Shown: positions 1-11,213 of the stretch, one piece after another | Layout: every line of letters starts with the position of its first letter | How positions within the stretch are numbered: position 1 is the first letter of the stretch | NCBI GenBank assembly: GCA_013239625.1 | Contig: MU054187.1 | Coordinates: forward strand, 17,476,711-17,540,710 | Length of the DNA: 64,000 nucleotides | Direction of reading: 5' to 3' | Source: Lama guanicoe | Lineage: Eukaryota | Notes under the pieces: generated by a model | Seen by the model: only the letters and a program-made list of their open reading frames with translations | Database searches by the model: none | Told to the model about the DNA's origin: nothing | Made by a program: the position numbers and the translations under genes

Positions 1-2013
1 TAATGGTTTACCTTCACGTTTAACACACCAGGATAAATTGCTGCTGGAGACATCAAAGCCAAGAAAGTGAGTCAGAGTCATTTCCCCTCACAGATCTATG
101 GAGGGAACAATGCTTTGTTATAGTCACGGTGTGACACGGGGCTGCAGTGGCGCACTGATGCCGAAGGTATTACTGAATAGGGCGTCCCTCGTAGCAAATA
201 CGGCGTGAGAGCCACGGCACAGGTGACTCCTATTTTAACCACCTTCGACCCACTCCATTTCTGTTTCCTCAATATTCTTAAACATGCAAGATAATATTTC
301 AAATCATTGAAAATTCCAGATGTTCAATTATATTGCCTTTTTTCCCTCTCTCCTCAAAAGTGTGTCTCCTGTTCTCGGTTGGGGGTGGGGAGAGGGTAAA
401 ATAACAAAGCCTTAAATCGAGTTTTTTAAAGATAAAATACGCTTTAAAAGAACACACTATAAATAAAAATAAAGCGAAGTGATAAAACTTTGTAGCATGT
501 GTCTCGCACCCATTCTCTAACACAGTTGTGTTATACTTTTTCTTAAAAATGAAATATTTCAATAAAAATTAATAAATGTTTTATTTTTAGGAGTATATTC
601 TCATACGTACTTCCATTATCATCATGTGGCTATGGTTTGGAATACAGTATTTTAGTTTCTGTGAATTTTTAAAAATGTTTTCCTTTGAATACAGAGAATT
701 ATTCATTGAATTAGTATGTAATACAAATGAAGAAATCCTTTTTTTTAAAGAAATCTTTCTTAAAAGCAGAAAATCTAACCATAGACCTGTTATTTAAGAA
801 AATAAATATCTAGGGTAAGAGATAAGTGAGAATTAATTTACAAAGGAGAAATAAAGACACAAAGGATTTACTAATCATTGAACCTCATACTCAGTTCTTC
901 TCTTATTAATAACTATTCCATGTGCAGAAGAAGCCATATTTCCTAAAGTCATATCTAAGAATTAAAATTTCAATGGTACAACATTTCAGAAAAAGAAAGA
1001 GGCTCTACATTTTTAGTCACGTGATTAATACTATTTACAGCTGAAGGATTTTCTAGCTTCAATAATAACATGACCAGTGGAAGAATATTTAATTGTTAAA
1101 GTTAGTTTGTTTTCTTAAAACACAGTTCTTAAAAATTGAACCATGATATAGAAAGTGTGAAACTATGTGGAATGCAATAATGTTATCTCTGATGCCAGCA
1201 AACCAGGGTAGAACATCCAAGTCAAAACTTTTAAAAACAGAGTAAAATAGATGTCATTCACTGTGTCTTTAGTGTTAGGACACAGTGAGGGATTTCATTT
1301 TAAATGAATTGCTGCCCGTACATCTCCATAGCATTGTATATCTCCATCTCAGTTCAGTTTGAGCTTAACTTGCAGTTTCCTTTGGCTCTGGAAAACATAA
1401 CATTTAGTAGCAATTTTGTGGGTTTTTGCAGTACACACATGAAGGGGTAAATTATCATAGCATCCCAAATAAAACATTCCTATTTTCAATGTTGTATTTT
1501 GATGACTTTTCATTGCTTTTTCTTCCAAAACTATGGTTATGAAATAATCACTCTTCAAGAAACAATCTTCCCCCTCACTAACTGTCAAATGTTATTCAGC
1601 TAGCCAAATGTAAAGCAAGTGCTTAAGGAGTAATATTACGAGATTTTGGTGTATTTAGGGAGATGAAAATTTTAGAGTAAATGCCCTACTCTAAGTTTTT
1701 ACAGCAAAGAAACTTCTTTCCTTTTGTTTTTTGGATCATCTATGGAGAGAATTGTGTTATATTTTTTCTGGGTATATGGACAGGTACTTGGTAGAACCAC
1801 AGATTTCACTTTTAAAACTGAGTTCTCATTATTTTTTTTTTAATTTTCAGAAGTTACAAAGCTTTAATATCAACATGCAGTCTCTGAAAGTAATATTCAT
1901 TTATCTAGTCTTTTTACTTTGGTAGAACAAGCAGTGTTTTTTTTTATTTTTAAGACTCTATGTTGTTCAGGATACATGCTTTCTTTTAACCATTATTCAA
2001 GGTCTTCTCCCTC

Positions 2014-2048
2014 TGTGTGTGTGTGTGTGTGTGCGTGTGTCTGTGTGT
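2014..2048. repeat. (TG)n microsatellite
   Basis: Direct reading: tgtgtgtg...gtgcgtgtgtctgtgtgt. Confidence 0.95.
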
Positions 2049-3093
2049 ATGTTTCCTAATGTCAAAACATACTGCTCTCTGTTTCACAAACTATATAGAG
2101 AGATAGGTAAATGGACATAGATACAGATAGAGATAAGCTTTTATAAATATCTATATATTTTAAATTCTCACTAAAAATGTCCTAATAGTTATTTCAATGT
2201 TTCACAGTTAAAATTTAATGACAAGAAAATTCTAGAGAAAATGAAGCTAGTATGCATTTTTTATCTACCCCTTTGTGGGTAGATAAAACACAATTAAATA
2301 GTTGAATAATTAAATATAGTTAGATAAAAAAACACAGTTTTCCATTTTTTGATGCAAGAAGAATAAATACTTTCTATTTTTGTATACCAGCATTTATTTA
2401 TTCATTTATCTACTTAACTATCGCTCTATCTGCCTATCTATCTGTCTGTCTATTTATTTTGATAACTTACTTTAACATGAAAGCAAGGTAGAGCAAGGCC
2501 CGTGATCATTATAGCAACACACAGGGATGACGCTCTGTAATGCAGGGGAGAATGAGAAAGTGGAGAATCTGCCTCCCTCAAGCACTAATAAAAAGCTGAA
2601 AGACTAGAAGTCAGTGCTTCTGTCACAAGACTACGAAAGCAATGCCCATACTTCCCAAACCACTGCCTGCCATGCCGGTCATGTAGTATTTTCAATCTCA
2701 GTGGCCTCAAATATACGATAGTTCATCACTGAAGCTGTATTAACATACTGCTATGGGTTTGGAACACTGTGAGATAAAAATGCCTGACTTGTTAATGCAG
2801 GCTGGATTAATAGAGTGCTCTAATTTACAGGAGCAAAGATAGACAATAATGTTGCTCCTTTTTTTTCATAAGTAACAGTTTCGTAGGTCATATTTCTCTG
2901 ACAGGCATGAAGTAGCATCACAAGCTGAAGTAAGCCTAATAAACATTCTTCCATGAGGGGGATCAGCATTGTCTTCTCCCTTTACCCGGCCTGAGAAAGT
3001 CACCAGTAAAAGGTGAGTGGCTTCTGGTATGCATGCACAAAACATGTGGTTTGGGTTAAGATTTCCCTGAATCACATAGACAAAACCAAAATC

Positions 3094-3094
<1 letters not shown>

Positions 3095-3133
<39 letters not shown>

Positions 3134-3153
3134 AAAAGAAAGAAAGAAAGAAA
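3095..3153. repeat. Poly(A) run (37 A, 3095-3131) followed by (GAAA)n
   Basis: Direct reading; no recognisable SINE/LINE body upstream. Confidence 0.95.
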
Positions 3154-3479
3154 CATAAATGAATTCCATCAAAGAACAGTCTGAATTCATTTTCTGAACT
3201 TCATTACTAATATCATTTCTGTCTGCTAACTAAAGGGTTAAGTTTCTTAAGGTAGTTAAGGAAAGAGGAATGGGGTATACAATACATAGCATAATTTTAA
3301 AACAATTGAAGAAAGTGTGCATTTCTAAAAAACTAAAAAGCATACTTCTAATGCATCCATTGAAGTCCATCAGATAAAAACACTACTATGAAAAATGAAC
3401 ACTCTCACGCTATTCTCAGTGAAATGATACTTGAAATTATTTTATTATTGCATCGTTGCTATGACTTACTAACTGGATG

Positions 3480-4010
3480 ATAAGATATAGAGGAGGAAAA
3501 TGAGAAAAAATAATGGAAGAGTCAGGAAGGCAAATGTGGAATACATCAGTGGAATCAGAGAGGGAATTAAAAAGTTAAAATAGGAGAAAGCTGAGAAAGG
3601 ACCAAATAGAAAGTCAAGGAAAAAAAAAATCCGTAAGAGCAAACACACATAAGAAGAAGCCACAGCAAAGGAGACAGAGAAGCAACAGAGGAATAAGAAG
3701 AGAAATAAAAATTTAAATTCAAGTAAGAAAGACCCAAGTGAAGAAGGATAAGAACTGAGAAGCAAATATTAAAAACAGAAGAAAATAGGCATATTAGCAG
3801 ACTGCTGGGGGGAAAAGAGACAAAGAAGAGTCCACAGTGGCATGGGCCTGGGGGAAGCCTTGAGAAAAAAAGAAACAAGAAAGTATAATAATAGGGAGAA
3901 AACATGGAGTCAGACACAAAGAAAAGACAGACGAAGAACAGAAGACAGGGAGATGGTTAAGAATAAATGAGGCAGAAACAAAGCAAAGGTTAAGAAGAAA
4001 AAAAAAAATC
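3480..4010. repeat. Purine-rich (A/G) low-complexity tract
   Basis: About 530 bp strongly A/G-biased on +; explains the F/L/S-rich minus-strand ORFs at 3469-4066. Confidence 0.8.
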
Positions 4011-4949
4011 CACCAACTGTATTTATATAGTCTTACTGTAAAAAAAGAACTCATTTGTGTGTTCATGCCTTTTTTATGCCATAGCAGCAGAAGTCTGATT
4101 TCTGTAAAACTATTTGGAAGTCTGTTCTGAGTTCAGATTTGGAATATAAATGCATAAGCCTTCTTAGGTTTTACTACACTGGCTTTATGTATTTCAACTG
4201 AAAAGGTTCATTCTTTTTGAAACAACAGACTTTGTACTATCTTTTAAAATTGCTAAATGCTGTTAAACGATTTTTGAAACATAATTAGGAGGTAAATGTA
4301 AGTGATATTTTGGTTGTGGCTTTAGTTGATACTAATGTCTATAAGGAATTGGTCCTTTCACATGCTAAAATAAATTCAGAACTATGAATTTTAATGAAAT
4401 ATCAGTAAATGAGCAAGTGTTGTATTTTGGTTTTGACAAGCCTCTGCCAGGATTAAACAAAACAACAGTATACTGTTGGAAATAATACTGCTTTTAAAGT
4501 TTAAGTATAAGTTGAATCATTTCAACATGTATGGAAGATATATAGTGCATATGTGTATATGATGTATATGTATGTGGATGTATATACACATACAGACATA
4601 TTGTAAATAATTTTTCACTTAAAAATGTTTAAAAGTTGCTTATTGTTTATATAATCATTTAAATCTAACTTTTTCAATGGAAATTAAAGTTTCCTTTTAG
4701 GAAATTATAAAGAAAGAAATATTTGAACCAGGAACAATTGTACAATTCTATTACATCTTTCTAGATAGAGTGGAGAAATATAAACAAAATGATAACTTGG
4801 GTGGATTTGTAGTTGTATCAAACAAAAGATGTTAAGTAGTCAGCCTAGAATGGTGTTTCTGATTCCAGCAGGAAGATGTCATAGAGGAGTAAATAAATCT
4901 CTTCATCAATTTCATATGTATAACATGCAGAAAAGATATAATTAAACAC

Positions 4950-5560
4950 CACCAATGTCTTACTCCAGGCCTTCATCATCTCTTATCCAGATTATAACCA
5001 TAGCCTTTTAAATGGTTTCTCCATCATTAACCACCCCACATTTCATTCTATACTCTAAACTGTATAAAGCATACTAAAAGCCTAAGTGATATCTCCATAA
5101 CCGAACCTCCATAACCTCTTTTTAGCTTATTATTGTCTATAGGTAAATATAAACTATTTATTTCTTTATTATTTATTTAGTCATTGAAGCCTTTCCCCTA
5201 CTTTGGACCCATCTATCTTGCATTTTTATTTCCTCTAGAGCAACGGCCATGGACCCTAACCCCCATGCTTTCTAAAGTTCCCTTCCTACCTTTGTCCACG
5301 CTCCATCCCGACTAGGTACTCCCTCACTCACCATCCTTCTTGGCTGATCACCTTACACATTTCACTCTGGGTGCAGTCCAAGCCTTCTCAAACTCCCAGA
5401 GGCACGTCAGGCGCTTTTGCAGACTTTGAGATGAAAAGTGAACATCTATTGCCCTGACTTCAGCTTTTTATATATCCAACCCTCTATTTGCATGTGAGTT
5501 CCACATGGGCATGACTATGTCTTAATTTTATTTGCAACTTTTATATCTAGATGATTACCT
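4950..5560 (+). mobile_element. LINE L2 3' fragment (degenerate)
   Basis: ccttcatcatctcttatccagattataaccatagccttttaaatggtttctcc resembles the L2 3' consensus; pyrimidine-rich body. Confidence 0.65.
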
Positions 5561-5689
5561 GTGAATATATTCACAAACTATGTACCAGCTATATTCATAT
5601 GTTTATATATATAATTGATTAATAAAGAATTGAAACAGAGTGTGTGTAAACAGTCTTTATTGTACTAGCTAATTGCGCACATAAATGAT

Positions 5690-6140
5690 GAGAAAGAACA
5701 GCCTACAGAGAAGCTCATATAAAAAAAAAAATCAGGATTATTAGTTGACCATAAGTTCAAAAGGTGTCAACAGAGTGACTTATTTAGCTTATTTTAAAAG
5801 TGACTCTATTCTAAGGTGACCATAGACATCCAATGGTCAGAATAAGAGAAGCGATCACTCTGTTTCACATTGTACAGTCACTTCTGGAATATTGTGTTCA
5901 AGTGATTGACACCACATTGACGTGGACAAACTGAAGTCCCATCAGACACAAGTCTTCTGAGACTGGGAAGGGAATGGTTTGCCATGGTGTTTAAGGAAAG
6001 TTTGAAGGATTTAGGGAAGTTTAGTTGGAAGAAGAGATTCTTAAAATATGTGAATAATTTATATATGGATAAAATAATATCTTTTTTTCTGTATGAATCT
6101 AGGGAGCAGAATTAGGACAAATGACTAGTTGCCATAGGTA
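5690..6140 (+). mobile_element. L3/CR1 LINE, reverse-transcriptase region fragment
   Basis: ttagttgaccataagttcaa...ctggaatattgtgttcaag...gacaaactgaag...gaaggatttagggaagtttagttggaagaagaga follows the L3/CR1 consensus order. Confidence 0.75.
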
Positions 6141-6599
6141 AAACCCACTAAGCAAATTAGAGAAGGAAAAATAACTGTCACTCAGTGATATATCAGAAAT
6201 TTTCACCTACCTGATATCATGTAATCTTTAAACTGCCCTGAGAGCAAATTATTATCTTCTTTTGGGAAAAATAAGGTTTGATGAGATTATCTTAAAAGGG
6301 AGTATTCACTTGGTTTTGTTACCTGTTCTAGGGAATTTCAAACTGAAAGTGATGGAGAATCTGACATGGGAGATTGAAAGGCTTTTCTACAGCAATAGAA
6401 AAGGGACAGCATCTGCTTACTTTAAAAATTAATGTAAGTAAGATTGTTCAATCATTATGCTGTATCATGCTTGAAATTTAGCAAATAAAAAAATTTAAAA
6501 ATAGACAACATGAATATGCAAATAACTAAAACTAAACATGGAAATTCAAATGTTGCAGGCTAGATTCTAAGGAACTGAGAGAAACAGAGATGAGAGATG

Positions 6600-6715
6600 A
6601 GTAAGCTTTAGGAATGTGGAGAGCTGATCTGTGTGTTCACTGCTGTGTATCCAGGACCTACGAGAGTTCTCACATATTTTAGAAATGTAGTCAGTAATTG
6701 TCAAATGGCTATTGA
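6600..6715 (+). mobile_element. L2 3' end fragment
   Basis: gtaagct...tgttcactgctgtgtatccaggacct matches the L2 3' tail. Confidence 0.6.
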
Positions 6716-9459
6716 AAAAAGACTGGATACCTACTTGTTAAAGGAATAATAAAGGAAAATCAAGCATTATTTGGAGCATTGGAAAAACTGAAAATGTCAC
6801 TTAAGGTCCACAATTCTTTAGATATCCAGCCCTTTCATTTGAAAAATAGATTTATTAAATATGGTAAATGATTAAATCTGCAGAACAAATAGTTGCAGAA
6901 TTAAAGTGTGGGTGTGTGTATATTTCAAACTATCTATAATAGAATATATCAAAATAAAGTTGCAGAAGAAAGAATGGACTACATTATCAAAGGTCCATAT
7001 TTTTCTTGTGACCATTTCAGGAACATGCTGTAAGGGGGACCAAAGGAGTCAATTTTCAGGTACCATGTGTGAATTTGACTATTTGGTTCCAGAGCCGAGC
7101 TGGTTTAACATATATCAGTATTTTCCATTTTACTGTCAATAGTCCTCCAAGCATAAAATAAAAGGAAGACAGAAGACAGTGTAAGTATTTTGAGATTTGT
7201 GAAGTTTGTTGAATAATTTGGCACTCTCAAAACATTAGAGAAAATGGCTTCAATAAAATATGTATACACACAAAGTTACTTGTATATTCATACTTTTCTA
7301 TCAAATTAATACCATTCCAGATAAACAGTGATCAAAGACCATGATCATTTTTGGCTCTCAAAACTTTGCTATTATAGATGCTTAATATATAAAAGACAAG
7401 TTTGAAAGACTGTTTACAGAAACACTAAATTTGGAATGATACCCATAACAGAATTCTAATTTGTTGAATATGACACAGCATTGCCCAGCATTTCCCTCCC
7501 CCTTGCCTAGTTTCAGGATATAGATCTTAAAGAAAGATACGGGAGGCAAGAAGGAATCAGAAGAAACTCACAGTACTCACTGATAGTTTTTGTTTGTTGG
7601 TAACATTTTGGGTCATTAGAAACAACCAGTTTATCTGCAATATTTAACTATACAGGGCATAAAAGCCTTCCAAGTAAAGGTTCATATATAGGAATGCAAA
7701 TGGAGGTTATAGAAGTTTACAGCGGAGGAAGTCATCGTCAGTCATCAGCTTCTGGTTCCTTGCACTATGTGGAAACCTAGTCTTTTTTTTTTCCTGCAGT
7801 ACAGGTAGATTAAAATTATCTTTCAAATGCATTCAGGTACAGAAAGGCTCCTATTAGTGATGCATGTGTGGCACATACCTGCTGTAAACAAAGATAAAGA
7901 AACATGCTACAAAGATAACATAATTTAAGATATATTTTGGAACTAAATGAGTTTGTCACAATTTGAATCACAACCTGGGTAATTTCTAATGTCAGATTAG
8001 GAGACTCGAAGCACACTGATCATTAACATCATCACCGAGTTCTTACAAAAGAACAGATATGGTCCACTGGAGGGAACAATGGTTATCTGAGCATTATAAT
8101 TGGGCAGGAAACAGCTTTGATTTCTGAAACTATAGTCACTGTCTACTTAAACTTTCACTGCAGTTACATTTGAACACTAACAAGAAAAATCTTGAAGAAA
8201 AGAACATGAAACTTTAATCTCTAGACTTTCATATCAAGTTTATCAAAACTATCTCGATCAGTAATGAGTAGAAAACTAGAAAAACAGGTTCCTGTTAATT
8301 TTTAACTGTGTTTCAGCTACTGTGGGTCTCCTGTGGGTAAAGAAAATTAATTTCATGTGAAATTATTTTGACCTTAAGTTTTTTAAGCAGAAACAGACAT
8401 GAAATGCTTTAAAGTAAGTGGAAAGGAATTCAAAATGGCACCTCAAAGATAAGTATTGAAATTTCATGTGTCTTCTAAAATAGTTAGCCCCTCCAGGCTG
8501 TATCTGCATTACATTAAAATCTAATAAGCCTTTGGTTTTCATACCTCTTTGTCTGAGTCAACTTTTTTTTTTTATTAAAAATGGCAAGACTAGTTGGAAG
8601 TGAGCCCTTTTGCCCATTTACTAATAAGGTACACTTACTCTGAAATATCCTAATTAATGATCTGTCCTATTCAAACACAAATATGTCGGCTATAGGGGAA
8701 ATCCAATATTATACAAGGTCATGAAATCAGAAGATTTTCAAATGTTCATGGAAGATAAAAACTCTAGGATTATCTTCAGAGTGCTCTGAAAAGTGTGGCC
8801 CAACATTAGTACAAATGGAAAATAGGGAATCATTTTTGAAAGTGATTAAAGAGGACTTCTATCAAGCAATTATCCTTTTTCAAGCTCCGTGACAAGCAAA
8901 TCCACAGTGCAACACTGCCCTCTGGTCTACTGGAACCAAAATATTCCCATTCATTTTCCCTGCGAAGCTCAGGTCCATAGATTAGTAACTAGAGTTTCCG
9001 TGGAGTTGAATAATTAAACTTTCTGTATATTAAAATATCCTAAATAGTTGTCCTGTTTTGGAAGGATGCATGTTTATATCCTGATAGAAAATAGCCTAGA
9101 ATATTACACTGATTGAAATAATCCAATTTAAGGTTAGGAGGAATTTTAGGTACCACAGAAACCTGCTTTTCCAGCTCAAATGAGTAATAGCCAGCAAAGA
9201 GAAAATATTTTATATTTCAGTGATCATCACTAGTGTCTATCCCCAAATAATTCAATGTGCAATTATTTATTATAATCCAAAATTTCATAAGAATAATCCA
9301 TGTTTAGAAATAGTTTGAGATATGGGCAAAGATCCTTCTTTTTTCATGATTATAACATTAGACATATCAGAAACCAAGGAAGTCATAAGTGCAGTGCTCT
9401 CTCCTCCGACCAATTTTACCCCAGTCTCAGTGTTTTCCCCTGACTAAAAACTGAATTCC

Positions 9460-10365
9460 TATGACCAATAAGGGATTAATACTCAACATATAAAAACAGC
9501 TCATACAATTTGACATCAAAAAAAGACCCAACCCCATTAAAAATAAGCAGAAGAACTGAATAGACATTTTTCCAAAGAGAAATGCAGATGGCCAATAAGC
9601 ACATGAAAAGATGATCAACATCGCTGATCATCAGGGAAATACAGATCAAAACCACAAGGTATTGCCTCACACCTATCAGAATGGCTATCATCAAAAAGAA
9701 CACAAATAGATTTTTGTGAGGATGTGGAGAAAAGGAAAATTTCATACACTGTAGGTGGAAATGTAAATTGGTACAGCCACTGGGGAAAACAGTATGGAGG
9801 TTTCTCAAAAAATTAAAAATTGAACTACAATATAACCAGCAGTTCCACTCCTGAGTATATATTTAAAAATATATGAATTCAGAAAGATACATGCATGTCA
9901 ACATTCATAGCAGCATTATTTACAATTGCCAAGATTTGAAAGCAACCTAAGTGTCCATCAACAGATGAACGGATGAAGAAGATGGAATACTACTCAGCCA
10001 TGAAAAAGAGTGGAATTTTGCCATTTGCAGCAACATAGATGGACCTGGAGGGCATTATGCTAAGTGAAATAAGTCAGACAGGGAGAGACAAATACTGTAT
10101 GATATCACTTACATATGGAATTAAAAAATACAACAAAGTAGTGAATAAAAAAATCAGCAGACCTGCAGACACAAAGAACAAAGTAGTGGTTACCAGTAAC
10201 AGTGAGTGTGGGGTAATATAGATGCAGGGGAGTGGGAGGTACAAATGACTGGGTATAGGCTAGGCTACAAGGATGTATTGTACAACATGGGGAACATAGT
10301 CAATATTTTGTAATAACTGTCAATGGAAAGTAACCTTTAAAAATTGTATAAATTTTTTAAAAATG
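9460..10365 (+). mobile_element. L1 3' end (ORF2 C-terminus plus 3' UTR), 5'-truncated
   Basis: Typical L1 motifs (agacatttttccaaagag, cacatgaaaagatg, gcagcattatttacaat, aagtgtccatcaacagatgaa); ORF 10039-10221 MDLEGIMLSEISQT is the ORF2 C-terminus. Confidence 0.95.
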
Positions 10366-10569
10366 TAAGTGAATTATTGTTAAGTTCTGTTAAACATAAA
10401 GAATTGGCTACCACTGTCCATCACTAACTGTCCCCTAGTCACATTGTTCTACTGGAAACCATCCCAAATCCCCATATTTCAATATTCTCTTGTGCAGGAA
10501 ATTATTGATCCTCCTCCAACTGGCTGATTTTATACTGCCACATGTCCAGTTTCTTTATACACTGCTTTT

Positions 10570-10670
10570 ATTCATTCATTCAGTGTATTTTCATTGTTTG
10601 CTGCACAAGGTGCCAAAGATAGAAAAACTTACCAACCATAGTCCCAGCCCAGGAGAGCTCACAATCTAGG
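10570..10670 (-). mobile_element. L2 3' end (host of the MER3 insertion)
   Basis: ttcattcattca...gagctcacaatctag is the reverse L2 tail. Confidence 0.6.
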
Positions 10671-10870
10671 GTTTTGCAATAGAAACCACTAGTCTTATGT
10701 GGCTATTTGAATTTAAATTATTTAAAATTAAACTACATTAACAATTCAGTTCCTTAATCATACTAGTCACATTTCAAGTGCTCAGTGGTCACAAGTGGCT
10801 ACTCGTTACCATATTAGTGGAGATTATAGGACTTTTTCAGCATTGTAGAAAGTTTTATGGGACAGCCCTG
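10671..10870 (-). mobile_element. MER3-like hAT-Charlie DNA transposon
   Basis: atgtggctattt...ttcagttcct...tagtcacatttcaagtgctca...gaaagttttatgggacagccctg; flanked by tctag-containing sites typical of Charlie targets. Confidence 0.8.
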
Positions 10871-10905
10871 GTCTAGAGGAAGAAAGAAAATAATAAAAGT
10901 GTGCC

Positions 10906-11213
10906 CGAGAAAACGAACTATGGTAACCAAAGGGGAAAGGGCGGGGAGGGATAAATTAGAGGTTGGGGAATAACAGACACACACTACTATGTATAAAATA
11001 GATAAACAGCAAGTACCTACTGTGTAGCACAGGGAACTATATTCAGTTTCTTTTAACAACATACAATGGAAAAGAATCTGAAAAGGAAAAATATATATGT
11101 AATATATGTGTATAACTGAATCACTTTGCTGCACCTAAAACTAACGTTATGAATCAACTATACTTCAATAAAAAAAATTTTAAATAGAAATTAAACAAAA
11201 AATAAAAAATTTA
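10906..11213 (+). mobile_element. Short cetartiodactyl-type L1 3' UTR with A-rich tail
   Basis: atggtaaccaaaggggaaagg...gtagcacagggaactatattca...tataactgaatcactttgctg...ctatacttcaataaaa; possible TSD aaaagtg on both sides. Confidence 0.9.

Noticed and set aside
12..53. Minus-strand MSPAAIYPGVLNVK| resembling the ...TNVK| first exon of DLG2
   Set aside because: Only the last three residues match what I recall of DLG2 (MFFACYCALRTNVK); treated as coincidence.
3469..4066. Three hydrophobic F/L/S-rich ORFs resembling membrane proteins
   Set aside because: They are artefacts of the pyrimidine-rich minus strand of a low-complexity tract.
7781..7810. Plus-strand T10-CCTGCAG|TACAG|GTAGAT possible 5-nt exon
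   Set aside because: Weak donor, not frame-preserving, no other support.
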